A program made the translations under genes and the position numbers. 64,000 nt of DNA from NCBI GenBank assembly GCA_965261345.1, contig OZ253449.1, positions 1,472,001 through 1,536,000 on the forward strand, given 5' to 3'. Shown here piece after piece: positions 26,320 through 36,224 of the stretch (positions within the stretch are counted from its first letter, which is position 1; every line of letters begins with the position of its first letter). The notes under the pieces are model-generated. The model was given only the letters and a program-made list of their open reading frames with translations, had not been told where the DNA came from and ran no database searches. This DNA comes from Chloroflexota bacterium (GTDB taxonomy: Bacteria; Chloroflexota; UBA11872; VXNJ01).

Positions 26320-27644
26320 GCCTTCTCGCTGATCCCGGCGCGGCGCAGAACTTCCTGCTCCAAAGCACCGCGTACGTTGGCGTCTTTGACCCGGGCTAAG
26401 ACCGGCTCGACGTAGCCGCGGATCGCCAGACCCTCGGCGGCGGCCTTGGTGAACCCGCGGCTCATCAGGTAGAACAGCTCTTCCTCATCGACCCGGCCGA
26501 TCGTGGCCCCGTGGGTGCAGCGCACGTCGTAGGTGCGGATTTCCATCCCCGGTATCGAGTCGGCGCGAGCCTGCTTGGAGAGCAGCAGGTTGTCGTTTTG
26601 CTGATAGGTATTGCTCTGACCGGCGCTCTCGGAGATGGCGATCGTGCCATAGAAGACCGAGCGCGAGCGCTCGCGCAGGACGCCCTTGTAGATCAGGTTG
26701 GAGAAGGTGTGGTCGCCGTCGTGGATCTGGCGGGTTTCATGGTCGATGTGACGGCGCCCGTCCATCAGCGAGAGCCCCCAGATCTGGCCCTGGGCGCCGG
26801 TGGCCGGAAAGGAGGCCTCGGTGTAGGTTTTGGCCAGGGCCGCTCCCAGCGAGAACTGGATCAGGTTGACGCTGGCATTGCGCCCGGCCACCGAGCGGAT
26901 GTGCGCAAAGGCGGCCGTATGCATGCCCCAGTTTTGGATCTGGGCGTAATTTAGGCAGGCCTCGTCGCCCACGTAGGCATGGACCAGCGGACAGGCCAGG
27001 GTCTCGCGATCCAGGGTGGCCGAGCAGTGCTCCTCGACTAAGTCGACGCTGGCTCCGTCGTCGACCCAGATTAGGACCCGCGGGAACACCGCGATGCCCG
27101 CGCGGGTGGTTCCCAGCAGGCTGTGCAGGGGGCCCTTGATCGAAACGCCCTTGGGAACGTAGACGAACAGGCCGCCGTTCCAGAAGGCTGCATTCAGGCT
27201 GGCAAATTTGTCAACCGAACTGGCCGGCCGATCGGCCAGGAAGGGGAGCTTGGCCAGCAACTCGCGGTGCTTTTCGGCGGCCTCGGCGAGCGAGCAGAAG
27301 ATCAGTCCGGACGCCGCCGCTTCACTGTCAAGGAAGATCTCGGGCGCCTGCCAGTTGACCTGGGTGCTGCGGCCGACAAACCAGGCCGGGTCCAGCAATC
27401 CGGCCGGCGCGAGATCCTGCGGTCGGGATTGGCTTCCCCAGGCGGCAAAATCGTCGGGATCAATGCCCCGAAGGTCGGTTCGCCGCCAGGTCTCGTCGGT
27501 TAGGGTCGGCAGCGCGGTGGCCTGGTATTGCCGCCAGGCCAAGCGGCGCTGCTTGGCCAGCCAGTCGGGCTCGCCCAACTGGGCCGAGCGTTGTTCTAGC
27601 AACTCCCGGCTGGGGCGGGCGGTAAGTTCCGGGGCGAGGGCCAT
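26316..27644 (-). CDS. sufD: Fe-S cluster assembly protein SufD
   Basis: ETWRRTD, DVRCTHGAT, FYLMSRG. Confidence 0.93.
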   Translation of the reverse strand: MALAPELTARPSRELLEQRSAQLGEPDWLAKQRRLAWRQYQATALPTLTDETWRRTDLRGIDPDDFAAWGSQSRPQDLAPAGLLDPAWFVGRSTQVNWQAPEIFLDSEAAASGLIFCSLAEAAEKHRELLAKLPFLADRPASSVDKFASLNAAFWNGGLFVYVPKGVSIKGPLHSLLGTTRAGIAVFPRVLIWVDDGASVDLVEEHCSATLDRETLACPLVHAYVGDEACLNYAQIQNWGMHTAAFAHIRSVAGRNASVNLIQFSLGAALAKTYTEASFPATGAQGQIWGLSLMDGRRHIDHETRQIHDGDHTFSNLIYKGVLRERSRSVFYGTIAISESAGQSNTYQQNDNLLLSKQARADSIPGMEIRTYDVRCTHGATIGRVDEEELFYLMSRGFTKAAAEGLAIRGYVEPVLARVKDANVRGALEQEVLRRAGISEKA

Positions 27645-27762
27645 TAGCGGGGGACCTAAATTTGTGTCGTTAAAAGCGGTTTGAGGTGCGTGAGCCTACG
27701 CCGCCGGACGGGTGTGCCCGGGTCGCGGCGGGCTGGCTTTAAGAGAAGGGCAGGATCGCGGT

Positions 27763-29184
27763 TTAGCCGACCGATCCCTCCATCTCCAGCTCGATTAGGC
27801 GGTTCATTTCGACCGCGTATTCCATCGGCAGTCCCTTGATGAACTCCTCAAAGAACCCGGTCACTATCACCGAAGTGGCCTTTTCCTCCGACAGTCCGCG
27901 GCTCATCAGGTAGAAGATCTCGGCGTCGCCGATCTTGGAGACGGTGGCCTCGTGACCGATCTGCGATTCCTCTTCCGAGATCTCGATGTAGGGATAGGTA
28001 TCGGTCTTAGATTCCGGGGTCAGCAGCATGGCGTCGCAGCGCACGAAAGACTTGGACCCGACCGCGCCGGGTTCGACCTTTAGCAGTCCGCGGTAGCTGG
28101 CCCGACCGGTGCCGTTGGAGATCGACTTGGAGCTGATCGTAGATGAGGTGTTGGGGGCGGCGTGAACGATCTTGGCGCCGGCGTCCTGGTGCTGGCCGCT
28201 ATTGGCATAGGCCACCGAGAGCACTTCGCCGCGGGCGTGTTCGCCGAGCAGGTGAATGGCCGGGTATTTCATCGTGACTTTGGAGCCGATGTTGCCATCG
28301 ATCCACTCGACCGCTGCCCCGGCGGCGGCGGTGGCCCGCTTTGTGACCAGGTTGTAGACGTTGTTGGACCAGTTCTGGATCGTCGTGTAACGGACGTGCG
28401 AGTTCTCCAGGGCGATGATTTCGACCACCGCCGAATGGAGCGAGTTGCGGGCATAAACCGGCGCCGTGCAGCCCTCGATGTAGTGGACCGAGCCGCCGGG
28501 CTCACAGATGATCAGGGTGCGTTCGAACTGGCCGGCCGATTCGGCATTGATCCGAAAGTAAGCCTGCAGTGGGAGTTCGACGTGGACGCCCTCGGGCACG
28601 TAGACGAAGCTTCCGCCGCTCCAGACCGCGGTGTTTAGCGCCGCGAATTTGTTGTCGTTGTAGGGAATGATGGTCGCAAAGTAGCGTTTCACCAGGTCGG
28701 GATACTCGCGCAGGCCGCCATCCATGTCCAGGAAGATTACGCCCTGTTCTTCGAGCTGGCCCTGGAGGTTGTGGTAGACGACCTCGGAGTCGTACTGGGC
28801 CCCCACCCCGGCCAGGAACTTCTTCTCGGCGTCGGGGATCCCGAGCCGATCGAAGGTGTTCTTGATGTAGTCGGGGACGTCGTCCCAGTTGTCGTCGGCG
28901 CCCTTGTCGGTGGCCCGCACGTAATAGCGGATCTTGTCAAAGTCGATCTCGGAGAGATCGGCGCCCCAGCCCGGCATCGGCCGGGCGATGAAGTCGGCGT
29001 AGGCCTTCAGCCGCAGCTCAAGCATCCACTCCGGTTCGTTCTTGAGCGCCGAAATCTGGCGGACTACGTTTTCGTCGATCCCCGGTTCGGTGGCAAAGTC
29101 GGCCGCCTCCGAATCGTGAAAACCGTATTTGTAGTCAAAATCAATATCGGCGTCGGCCGGCTTGATGATGTTTTCAGTGGCCAC
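27763..29184 (-). CDS. sufB: Fe-S cluster assembly protein SufB
   Basis: [30 protein letters not shown]. Confidence 0.97.
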   Translation of the reverse strand: MATENIIKPADADIDFDYKYGFHDSEAADFATEPGIDENVVRQISALKNEPEWMLELRLKAYADFIARPMPGWGADLSEIDFDKIRYYVRATDKGADDNWDDVPDYIKNTFDRLGIPDAEKKFLAGVGAQYDSEVVYHNLQGQLEEQGVIFLDMDGGLREYPDLVKRYFATIIPYNDNKFAALNTAVWSGGSFVYVPEGVHVELPLQAYFRINAESAGQFERTLIICEPGGSVHYIEGCTAPVYARNSLHSAVVEIIALENSHVRYTTIQNWSNNVYNLVTKRATAAAGAAVEWIDGNIGSKVTMKYPAIHLLGEHARGEVLSVAYANSGQHQDAGAKIVHAAPNTSSTISSKSISNGTGRASYRGLLKVEPGAVGSKSFVRCDAMLLTPESKTDTYPYIEISEEESQIGHEATVSKIGDAEIFYLMSRGLSEEKATSVIVTGFFEEFIKGLPMEYAVEMNRLIELEMEGSVG

Positions 29185-29186
29185 GC

Positions 29187-29948
29187 TTATACCGCCTCTT
29201 GGGCAAATTGTTTATAGCCGTCGCGTTCGAGGGCGGTAGCCAGTTCGGGCCCGCCTTCGGCAACGATCCGGCCGTCGATGAGGACATGCACGAAATCGGG
29301 TTGGATGTAGTGCAGGATTCGTTGATAGTGAGTGATCAGCAGTACCCCGATGCCGGTTGGGCGCAGTGAATTTACGCCTTCCGCCACGATCTGCAGGGCA
29401 TCGATGTCAAGCCCTGAATCGGTTTCGTCGAGAATTCCCAGCATTGGTTCGAGCATTGCCATCTGCAGGATCTCGCAACGCTTCTTCTCGCCGCCCGAAA
29501 ACCCCTCGTTGAGGTAGCGCGAGGCAAAGCTGGGATCCATTTTGAGCAGCTCCATTTTTTCCAGCATCAGCAGCCGAAACTGCCGCACCCCGATTGGATT
29601 ATCGGAGCCACGGATCGCGTTTAGGGCCTCGCGCAGGAAGGCCACCATGGGCACTCCGGGGACCTCGACCGGGTACTGGAAGGCGAGGAAAATTCCGGCC
29701 CGAGCCCGCTCGTCGACTGCCCAATCGGTAATGTCCTGGCCCTTGTAGAGGACCTGCCCGCCGCTGATCGCGCAGCTGGGATTGCCCATCAGGGTGTTGG
29801 CCAGGGTGCTCTTGCCCGATCCGTTGGGGCCCATTACCGCGTGAACCTGACCGGCCCCGACCTCAAGATCGAGTCCGTGCAGGATTTCCTGGTCGTCGCG
29901 GGACACCCGCAAATCTTTTATTTGCAGCAGCGCTGGGTTGGTCATCAA
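29187..29948 (-). CDS. sufC: Fe-S cluster assembly ATPase SufC
   Basis: [27 protein letters not shown]. Confidence 0.97.
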   Translation of the reverse strand: MMTNPALLQIKDLRVSRDDQEILHGLDLEVGAGQVHAVMGPNGSGKSTLANTLMGNPSCAISGGQVLYKGQDITDWAVDERARAGIFLAFQYPVEVPGVPMVAFLREALNAIRGSDNPIGVRQFRLLMLEKMELLKMDPSFASRYLNEGFSGGEKKRCEILQMAMLEPMLGILDETDSGLDIDALQIVAEGVNSLRPTGIGVLLITHYQRILHYIQPDFVHVLIDGRIVAEGGPELATALERDGYKQFAQEAV

Positions 29949-30062
29949 ATGTCGTTTATCACAGATTTAGGCGTGTTAGGTAAGCGTGGGCCTCCAGATT
30001 GCCAGGCCCACCCGGCTCGCACAAGTCTATTTCGGTCGGGTGGTAGGGTCGCTTAGGCGGTA

Positions 30063-30959
30063 CTAACCGGGTCCAGCCGGGTGGTTGGTCCAGTCCCAGC
30101 CCGGTTCGGGATCGGGCGCTTTGGCCACCGCGATCAGCTCGCTGGCGTTGGCGGCGGCCAGCTCGGGATCGGTGCGCACGATCAGATCGAGGCCGTCGGC
30201 GTCGCTCGCCAGCTCGCCAAGGTCTTGCCAGAGCTGTCCCAGCTCGGCCTCCGAGTACCGGTGGTGGGGCCTAAAGAGTGGGTCCTGGGCCTGGCGCCGC
30301 CAGCTCCCGCGGCTGCGCCCGTGGAGGCGGGCGACCGCCAGATCCGGTCCGGTGGTGGTGGCGACCAGGTCCGGGGCCGACTTGACCGGCTCGAAATCGG
30401 CGGCCGCCAGTGCGATTTCGGCATCGATGAGCAGCTCGAGCGTCGACTCGGTGCGCTCGGGGCGGGCGAACCAGCTGGGGTTGCGCAGCTCGACCGCCAG
30501 CGGCAGTCCGGGCAGGTTTTTTCGGCAGCTGGCCAGATAGGCTTCCGAATCCTCCCCGGCGCCAAACCAGGCCGGGAACTGCAGGTTGACGCTGGCCAGC
30601 TTGGTCCCCAGCGGGGCCAGCGCGGCGGCGAAGTCGGCAAAGAGGAAATCCGGCGGGGCAACCGCAAAGTGACGCCAGGCGACCCCGGGATCGGGGGTGG
30701 TGCCGGGCCGCAGTTGATGCAGGGTGAGCCCGCCGAAGCCGAGCACGTGGAACCGGAAAGCTTCGGGAACCGCCGCCGCCCAGGCGGCGAACCGTTCCGG
30801 TCCGGGGATCCCCTGGAAGGTCGAATCGATCTCGACCAGGGAGAAATGCTCGGCGTAGATGGCCAGCGTATCGGCTTCGCGGGTGCGCGGCGGATAAAAG
30901 TGGGCCAGGTGGCGCCAGCCGGAGGTGCCCACCGCCCAGGTTGCCGCTCGCTCGGTCAT
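30063..30959 (-). CDS. DUF72 (YecE-like) protein
   Basis: VGTSGW, VEIDSTF, LQFP, VELRNPSW, RLHGR, RYSEAEL. Confidence 0.85.
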   Translation of the reverse strand: MTERAATWAVGTSGWRHLAHFYPPRTREADTLAIYAEHFSLVEIDSTFQGIPGPERFAAWAAAVPEAFRFHVLGFGGLTLHQLRPGTTPDPGVAWRHFAVAPPDFLFADFAAALAPLGTKLASVNLQFPAWFGAGEDSEAYLASCRKNLPGLPLAVELRNPSWFARPERTESTLELLIDAEIALAAADFEPVKSAPDLVATTTGPDLAVARLHGRSRGSWRRQAQDPLFRPHHRYSEAELGQLWQDLGELASDADGLDLIVRTDPELAAANASELIAVAKAPDPEPGWDWTNHPAGPG

Positions 30960-32158
30960 GCGCCGAATTTAACCAGTCGACCGGCGGTGGCCAGCAGGGT
31001 CGGCAGGACGGCGCGCGCCGGCAGGAAGCCCAGCCCGCCGCCGATGCAGGCGCGTTCCCCGAAACTGGCGACCCGGTCGGGCAGGGCCTGGCGGCCGGCA
31101 ATTAGCAGCGGGACCGGATGGTGGGAGTGGGCGCGCAGGGCCGCCGGAGTGGAGTGGTCGCCGGTGACCGCGATAGCGCCCGGCGACAGCGCGAGCAGGC
31201 GCGGGATGGCCGCGTCGGCCTCCCCGATCGCCCGCGCCTTGGCGTCCCAATCGCCGTCCTCGCCGGCCGCGTCGGAGGGTTTGTAGTGGAGGAAGAAGAA
31301 ATCAAAGTCGTTCCATGCCCGCTCGATCGCCTGCAGTTGACCGGGGAAGCTGTCGCCGGTATCGAGGATTTCCATCCCGGCGATCCGGGCCAGGCCCTTG
31401 TACATCGGGTAGGAGGCCGAACAGGCCGGACTTAGCTGCCAGCGGTCAGAGAGCGGTTCGAGCCGCGGACGGGTCGCGTAGCCGCGCATCAATACGGAAT
31501 TTGCGGGGGCGAGCGATCCGATCCTCTTAGCGACCAGATCCAGGAATTTCTGCAGGATCTTGGCGGTCGGCCGGGCTGCCGGGCTCAGCGGGCTGGGCGG
31601 GTTGGGCGGCACCCCGGTTGCCTGAGGATCGGTCTCGCGCACCCGGGCGCAGTGGTCCTGCCCGCGCAGCACCAGGACCGCGCGATGGCCGCTCTCGCTG
31701 GCCAATTCGTAGGGGCAGCCGATGTCGCCGCCGGAGAGTATCTTGACCAGCTCGGCATTGAGGGCGGTGTCAATCCGTCCGGCGCGGCGGTCGGCGACGT
31801 TGCCGTGGGAATTGAGGGTGCAGAAATTGAGACGGACCCCCAGATCACCCTCACCCAGGCCCATCCCGATTCCAATCGCCGAGAGCGCCCCGCGGCCAAT
31901 ATTGGAGGCGATCGGGTCGTAGCCAAACAGCGCCAGGTGGCCTGGCCCGCTGCCCGGGGTAATTCCCGGCGCGATCGGGACCGACAGGCCGGTGGTGCCG
32001 CTGGCCGCCAGCCGATCAAGATTCGGGGTACTGGCGGCTTCGAGCTCGGTTAGGCCGGTCTGCGGATGGGCCAGGCCGCCCAGCCCGTCGATTACGAAGA
32101 GGATCACCCGCTCGCTGCCGGGGCGGGCGAGAGAGCGGTAGACGTCGGGATGAATCAT
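30956..32158 (-). CDS. apgM: 2,3-bisphosphoglycerate-independent phosphoglycerate mutase (ApgM type)
   Basis: IDGLGG, TPNLD, PGSGPGHLALFGYDP, DRRAGRI, GDHSTP; start trimmed to ATG 32158. Confidence 0.88.
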   Translation of the reverse strand: MIHPDVYRSLARPGSERVILFVIDGLGGLAHPQTGLTELEAASTPNLDRLAASGTTGLSVPIAPGITPGSGPGHLALFGYDPIASNIGRGALSAIGIGMGLGEGDLGVRLNFCTLNSHGNVADRRAGRIDTALNAELVKILSGGDIGCPYELASESGHRAVLVLRGQDHCARVRETDPQATGVPPNPPSPLSPAARPTAKILQKFLDLVAKRIGSLAPANSVLMRGYATRPRLEPLSDRWQLSPACSASYPMYKGLARIAGMEILDTGDSFPGQLQAIERAWNDFDFFFLHYKPSDAAGEDGDWDAKARAIGEADAAIPRLLALSPGAIAVTGDHSTPAALRAHSHHPVPLLIAGRQALPDRVASFGERACIGGGLGFLPARAVLPTLLATAGRLVKFGA

Positions 32159-32297
32159 CGCCGACCGTCGCCCGGGTTGGGGGGGGCTCAGATTGAGCGC
32201 AAATTGCATCGGCATGGGCCAAATGATGGAGTCGGCGGCGGAACCCTTATAAGGTAACCGGATCGGCCGGCGGCCGGGGTTGCGGGCGGCGCTTTTA

Positions 32298-32332
32298 CTT
32301 TCCATACTATTGTGGTGGGAATAGTTGATAAT
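32298..32332 (+). promoter_or_regulatory. AT-rich promoter/operator of the DUF4242 operon (Rrf2-like palindrome)
   Basis: ACTATT-N8-AATAGT inverted repeat (32306-32325) directly before GATAAT, a -10-like hexamer. Confidence 0.4.
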
Positions 32333-32406
32333 TCCTGCGATAGTTGCCCGAGCCGACGTGACGGCGTCGAGGCCCGGCACCCCCCCTCCCCTTGGCGATG
32401 GTGGCA

Positions 32407-32928
32407 ATGGCAAATTTATTTTTGGTTGAGGTACCCGCTCCCGAGGCTGCCGAGGCGGCCGAGGTTCAGGCGACGTTCGATAAGATTGCCGCTGCCGCCG
32501 AAGCCGCCGCCGGTCAGCTCATCGAGGTCCAGTACGGACGCGATTCGGGGGTGGTCTACGGCATCATCGAACACCGCAGCCAGATTGCCCTGGAGGCCCT
32601 TTTGCGCCAGGGCGGACTCGAATTTGCCGAGCTGGTGCCGGTACGGCTGGTTGGCCCGACCTTAGATGAGGTCAAGGCCCATGCCGGTTCGGCCAACTAC
32701 CTGGTGGAATGGGACATCCCCGAAGCGATAACGATGGACATGTACTTGGCGGCCAAGCAGAAGAAATCGCCGCTCTACGCCAAGGTGCCCGAGACCACAT
32801 TCCTGCGAACCTACGTGCGTGAAGACACCATCAAGTGCCTCTGCTTCTACGAGGCTCCCGATGAGGCCGCCGTCCGCCGGGCGCGCGCGGCGGTAAATAC
32901 GCCGATCGACCGTCTGACCCGTATCTGA
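32407..32928 (+). CDS. Tandem DUF4242 (SCO4226-like) domain protein
   Basis: Two similar halves (NLFLVE... / NYLVEW...); FLRTYV...KCLCFYEAPDEAAVRRA...PIDR. Confidence 0.82.
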   Translation: MANLFLVEVPAPEAAEAAEVQATFDKIAAAAEAAAGQLIEVQYGRDSGVVYGIIEHRSQIALEALLRQGGLEFAELVPVRLVGPTLDEVKAHAGSANYLVEWDIPEAITMDMYLAAKQKKSPLYAKVPETTFLRTYVREDTIKCLCFYEAPDEAAVRRARAAVNTPIDRLTRI

Positions 32929-32945
32929 TCCGTTAAGCACCCAAC

Positions 32946-34040
32946 GTGTCTGATCCGCTAAGGTGCGGAGCGCCGCTGGCCAACGAGCCGGAACTGCTAG
33001 CCGCGCTCGAGGCCTACTTTGGCAGCCGCGCCAGCGCGGTTGACGCCGACGCGGCCTCGCTTCGGCCGGGACTGGCCCGGCTGGGCCGGCTCGGACTGGT
33101 GGAAATTGGGGTTTACGGCGACCCGGCGGGCGGTTCGCTGCTACGGATGTGCGCCATCAACGCCGCCATCGCAAGCTTCGACATGAGCTCGGCTTTTTCG
33201 CTGTGGTGTCACCGGATGGGGATTGAGTATCTCCATCAGGCCGATCCGGGCTGCGGCCTGCCGCAGGAGCTGCTGCCCCGGTTGCGCTCGGCCGAGGTGC
33301 TCGGTTCGACCGCGTTCGCCTCGGCCACCGCCAACTACTTAGCCGATGCCCCGCTGCCGGTCACGTTTGAGCGCCGGGGCGAACGGTTGCTGGCCAATGG
33401 ACGCATTCCCTGGGCCTCCAACATCGAGGAGCCGTTCATTTCGGTGGCCGCCGCGGTCAATTCGCAGGACCCCTCCGACCGGGTGGTGTTTGCCTTCGAT
33501 GCCCGGACTCCGGGGTTTGGCACCGGTCCCTACCCCCAGTTGCTGGCCCTACAGGCCACCAACAGCACCTCACCGCACTTTGCCGACGCCGAGATTTCCC
33601 CGGAGGCGATCCTGACCGAGCGTTTTGCCGATTTCTTCGAGCGGGTTTTTCCCACCTTCATCCTGATCCAATGCGCGTTTTGCTGGGGTCTGGCATATCG
33701 CTCGCTGGCGGCCGCCAAGCCGCTGCTGGCGGGCCCGCGGGCGGTACTTAGCGGTGAATTTGGCGCGCTTGCCGACAGATTCGGCAATGCCTTGGAACTC
33801 CTGCGGAAATTTGCCACGGTGGCCGATCGCCGCTGTCTGGACCACCACCAGCTGCTCAAGCTGCGCCTTGCCTGGGGCCAACTGGCCCCCCAGGCGGTGG
33901 CGCTGGAGGCCAAGCTGATCGGCGGTCGCGGCTACACCCGCGCCAGCGCCACCGCCCGGCGGCTGCGCGAGGCCGCCTTCCTGCCGGTCCAGGCGCCAAC
34001 TGAGATTCAGCTCCGATGGCTCTTGACGCGCTCGCGATAA
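32946..34040 (+). CDS. Acyl-CoA dehydrogenase-like flavoprotein (divergent)
   Basis: DMSSAFSLWCH, NGRIPWASN, LALQATNST, GGRGY...RRLREAAF; ACAD-fold landmarks. Confidence 0.8.
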   Translation: MSDPLRCGAPLANEPELLAALEAYFGSRASAVDADAASLRPGLARLGRLGLVEIGVYGDPAGGSLLRMCAINAAIASFDMSSAFSLWCHRMGIEYLHQADPGCGLPQELLPRLRSAEVLGSTAFASATANYLADAPLPVTFERRGERLLANGRIPWASNIEEPFISVAAAVNSQDPSDRVVFAFDARTPGFGTGPYPQLLALQATNSTSPHFADAEISPEAILTERFADFFERVFPTFILIQCAFCWGLAYRSLAAAKPLLAGPRAVLSGEFGALADRFGNALELLRKFATVADRRCLDHHQLLKLRLAWGQLAPQAVALEAKLIGGRGYTRASATARRLREAAFLPVQAPTEIQLRWLLTRSR

Positions 34041-34891
34041 CCGGCGCGGCCAAGTCATTCGCCGCCGCCGGATTTACAACCCCGGTCTTTTCCGGGGTCG
34101 ACCTGCGGGTGCGACCCGGCCAGATCGCCGCGCTGCTGGGGCCGAGCGGCTGCGGCAAGAGCACCCTGCTGCGAATCCTGGCCGGATTGGACGAGCTCTC
34201 AGCCGGGTCGGTTGAATGGCCGCAGTCGGCCGGGCGCGCCCACCGGGTGGGGATGGTCTTCCAGGAACCGCTTCTACTGCCCTGGCTAAGTGTTGTCGAA
34301 AACGTGACGTTGGGGCTTTCCTATTCGGCCAATAAAGGTGTCGCCGATGAGGCGGCGATCCATAGCCTGATCGCCAGGTTCGGTCTGGACGGCTTAGTTG
34401 ACGCCTATCCCGACGAACTCTCCGGCGGGCAGGCCCAGCGGGTGGCGCTGGCGCGCACGGTGATCACCAACCCCGACCTGGTCCTGCTGGATGAACCGTT
34501 TTCGGCGCTCGATCCGATCACCCGGCAGGCGCTGCAACGGTGGCTGGTTTCGATCCAGCAGAGCCTGGGCCTTACCGCGGTGATCGTTACCCACGACGTG
34601 GACGAGGCCATATTCCTGGGCGATCAGATCGCAATGATGTCGCCGGCGCCGGGCACGATCGTCAAACGCTGGACCCTTGACCAGGCCGCCCGTCACCACC
34701 CCGATGCGGAAGCCGCGGTGGCGATCAAGCGCGAGATCCTGGCCAACTATCAATCGACCCAGCACGATCTGGACGCCCGCCTGGCGGCCCGACCGTTGCC
34801 GATGCCGCCGGCCGCCTACCGCGGACCGGCCGAAGCCGTCCCGCCAGGACGCCAACTACCCGAATCTTCCAACCCCGCTGGCGCTGGCTAG
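34016..34891 (+). CDS. NitT/TauT-family ABC transporter ATP-binding protein
   Basis: GPSGCGKST, FQEPLLLPW, LSGGQAQR, DEPFSALD. Confidence 0.92.
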   Translation: MALDALAITGAAKSFAAAGFTTPVFSGVDLRVRPGQIAALLGPSGCGKSTLLRILAGLDELSAGSVEWPQSAGRAHRVGMVFQEPLLLPWLSVVENVTLGLSYSANKGVADEAAIHSLIARFGLDGLVDAYPDELSGGQAQRVALARTVITNPDLVLLDEPFSALDPITRQALQRWLVSIQQSLGLTAVIVTHDVDEAIFLGDQIAMMSPAPGTIVKRWTLDQAARHHPDAEAAVAIKREILANYQSTQHDLDARLAARPLPMPPAAYRGPAEAVPPGRQLPESSNPAGAG

Positions 34892-34920
34892 GCGGTCGCA
34901 ACCAATTTAGGAAAAGCACA

Positions 34921-36198
34921 ATGCGAACCAATTTCTCCAACCGCCCGGCGATCACCCGCCGGCGCCTGCTGGGTCTGTCCGGACTGGGCGCTGCCGCCCT
35001 GTTTGCCGGCGCCCTGGCCGGATGCGGGGAGGAGGATGCCGCGGCGGCTCCCGATCCCGCTCCGGTAGCAGGAGCTGCCTCCTCGATCGCCGGCGCCTTG
35101 GCGTCGCAATCGCCGTCCGCGCCGGCCGCGATCGGGCGGCTGCGCGTGGGCTATCTACCGATTACCGACGCCTCGCCGCTGCTGGTGGCCCACGGCCGCG
35201 GGATCTACGCCCGGCATGGCCTGGAGGCTGAGCGACCGACTCTCTTCCGCGGCTGGTCACCGCTGGCCGAGGCCTTCCAGGCACGCCAGGTCGACGCCGT
35301 CCACATCCTGATGCCGATGGCCATCTGGTTGCGTTTCGGCCAGGGGTTTCCGTTGAAGTTGGTGGCCTGGAATCACAATGGCGGCTCGGCTTTGACGACC
35401 CGCTTTGAGATCAATGCGGTCGAGGATCTATCGGGCCGCATCGTGGCGGTCCCATTCTGGTATTCGATCCACAACACCGTCCTGCAGATGATCCTGCGTG
35501 ACGCCGGCCTGCAGGCGATCACCGAGGGCGATCCCGACCCGGCCGCCGGGGAGGTGAAGCTGATCGTGATGGCCCCGCCCGACATGCCGCCGGCCCTGGC
35601 CAACGATTCGATCCAGGGATACATCGTGGCCGACCCCTTCAACGCGGTGGCCGAGGTCAACAACGTCGGCAAGGTGCTCCGGTTCGTTCCCGACGTATGG
35701 CTGGACCACGCCTGCTGCGTGGTCATCCTGCACGAGGACGATACCCGTGATCGTCCCGAATGGTCGCAGGCGGTGGTCGATTCGGTCGCCGATGCCCAGG
35801 ACTACATCCGCAACAACCGGTCAGAAGCGGCCCAGCTGCTCTCGGCCGACGGTGAGGGTTACCTGCCACAGCCGCTGCCGGCGATCGCGCGCGCGCTCAC
35901 CCACTACGACCTGGACGAGTACGGGCCCAGCGGGGCGATCCAGCATCCCGACTGGGACACCGACCGGATCGACTTCCAGCCGTTTCCGTTCCAGTCCTAC
36001 ACCGAGGAGTTGGTGCGGCAGATGAAGCTGACGGTAGTGGAGGGCGACACCACCTTCCTCCAGGCGCTGGACCCGGCGACGGTGCACCGCGAGCTGATTG
36101 CCGATCGCTTCGCCCGCGACGCCATCGAACGCCTCGGCGGGCCGGCCCGGTTTGACCTGCCCGAATCACTCACCCGCAGCGAGCGGATCGAAATCTGA
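34921..36198 (+). CDS. NitT/TauT-family (NrtA/CmpA-like) ABC substrate-binding Tat lipoprotein
   Basis: TRRRLL with LAGC lipobox; VGYLPITDA, DHACC, RIDFQPFP. Confidence 0.88.
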   Translation: MRTNFSNRPAITRRRLLGLSGLGAAALFAGALAGCGEEDAAAAPDPAPVAGAASSIAGALASQSPSAPAAIGRLRVGYLPITDASPLLVAHGRGIYARHGLEAERPTLFRGWSPLAEAFQARQVDAVHILMPMAIWLRFGQGFPLKLVAWNHNGGSALTTRFEINAVEDLSGRIVAVPFWYSIHNTVLQMILRDAGLQAITEGDPDPAAGEVKLIVMAPPDMPPALANDSIQGYIVADPFNAVAEVNNVGKVLRFVPDVWLDHACCVVILHEDDTRDRPEWSQAVVDSVADAQDYIRNNRSEAAQLLSADGEGYLPQPLPAIARALTHYDLDEYGPSGAIQHPDWDTDRIDFQPFPFQSYTEELVRQMKLTVVEGDTTFLQALDPATVHRELIADRFARDAIERLGGPARFDLPESLTRSERIEI

Positions 36199-36224
36199 CA
36201 AGCCCGGGGCGCCTGCGTAGGCGA

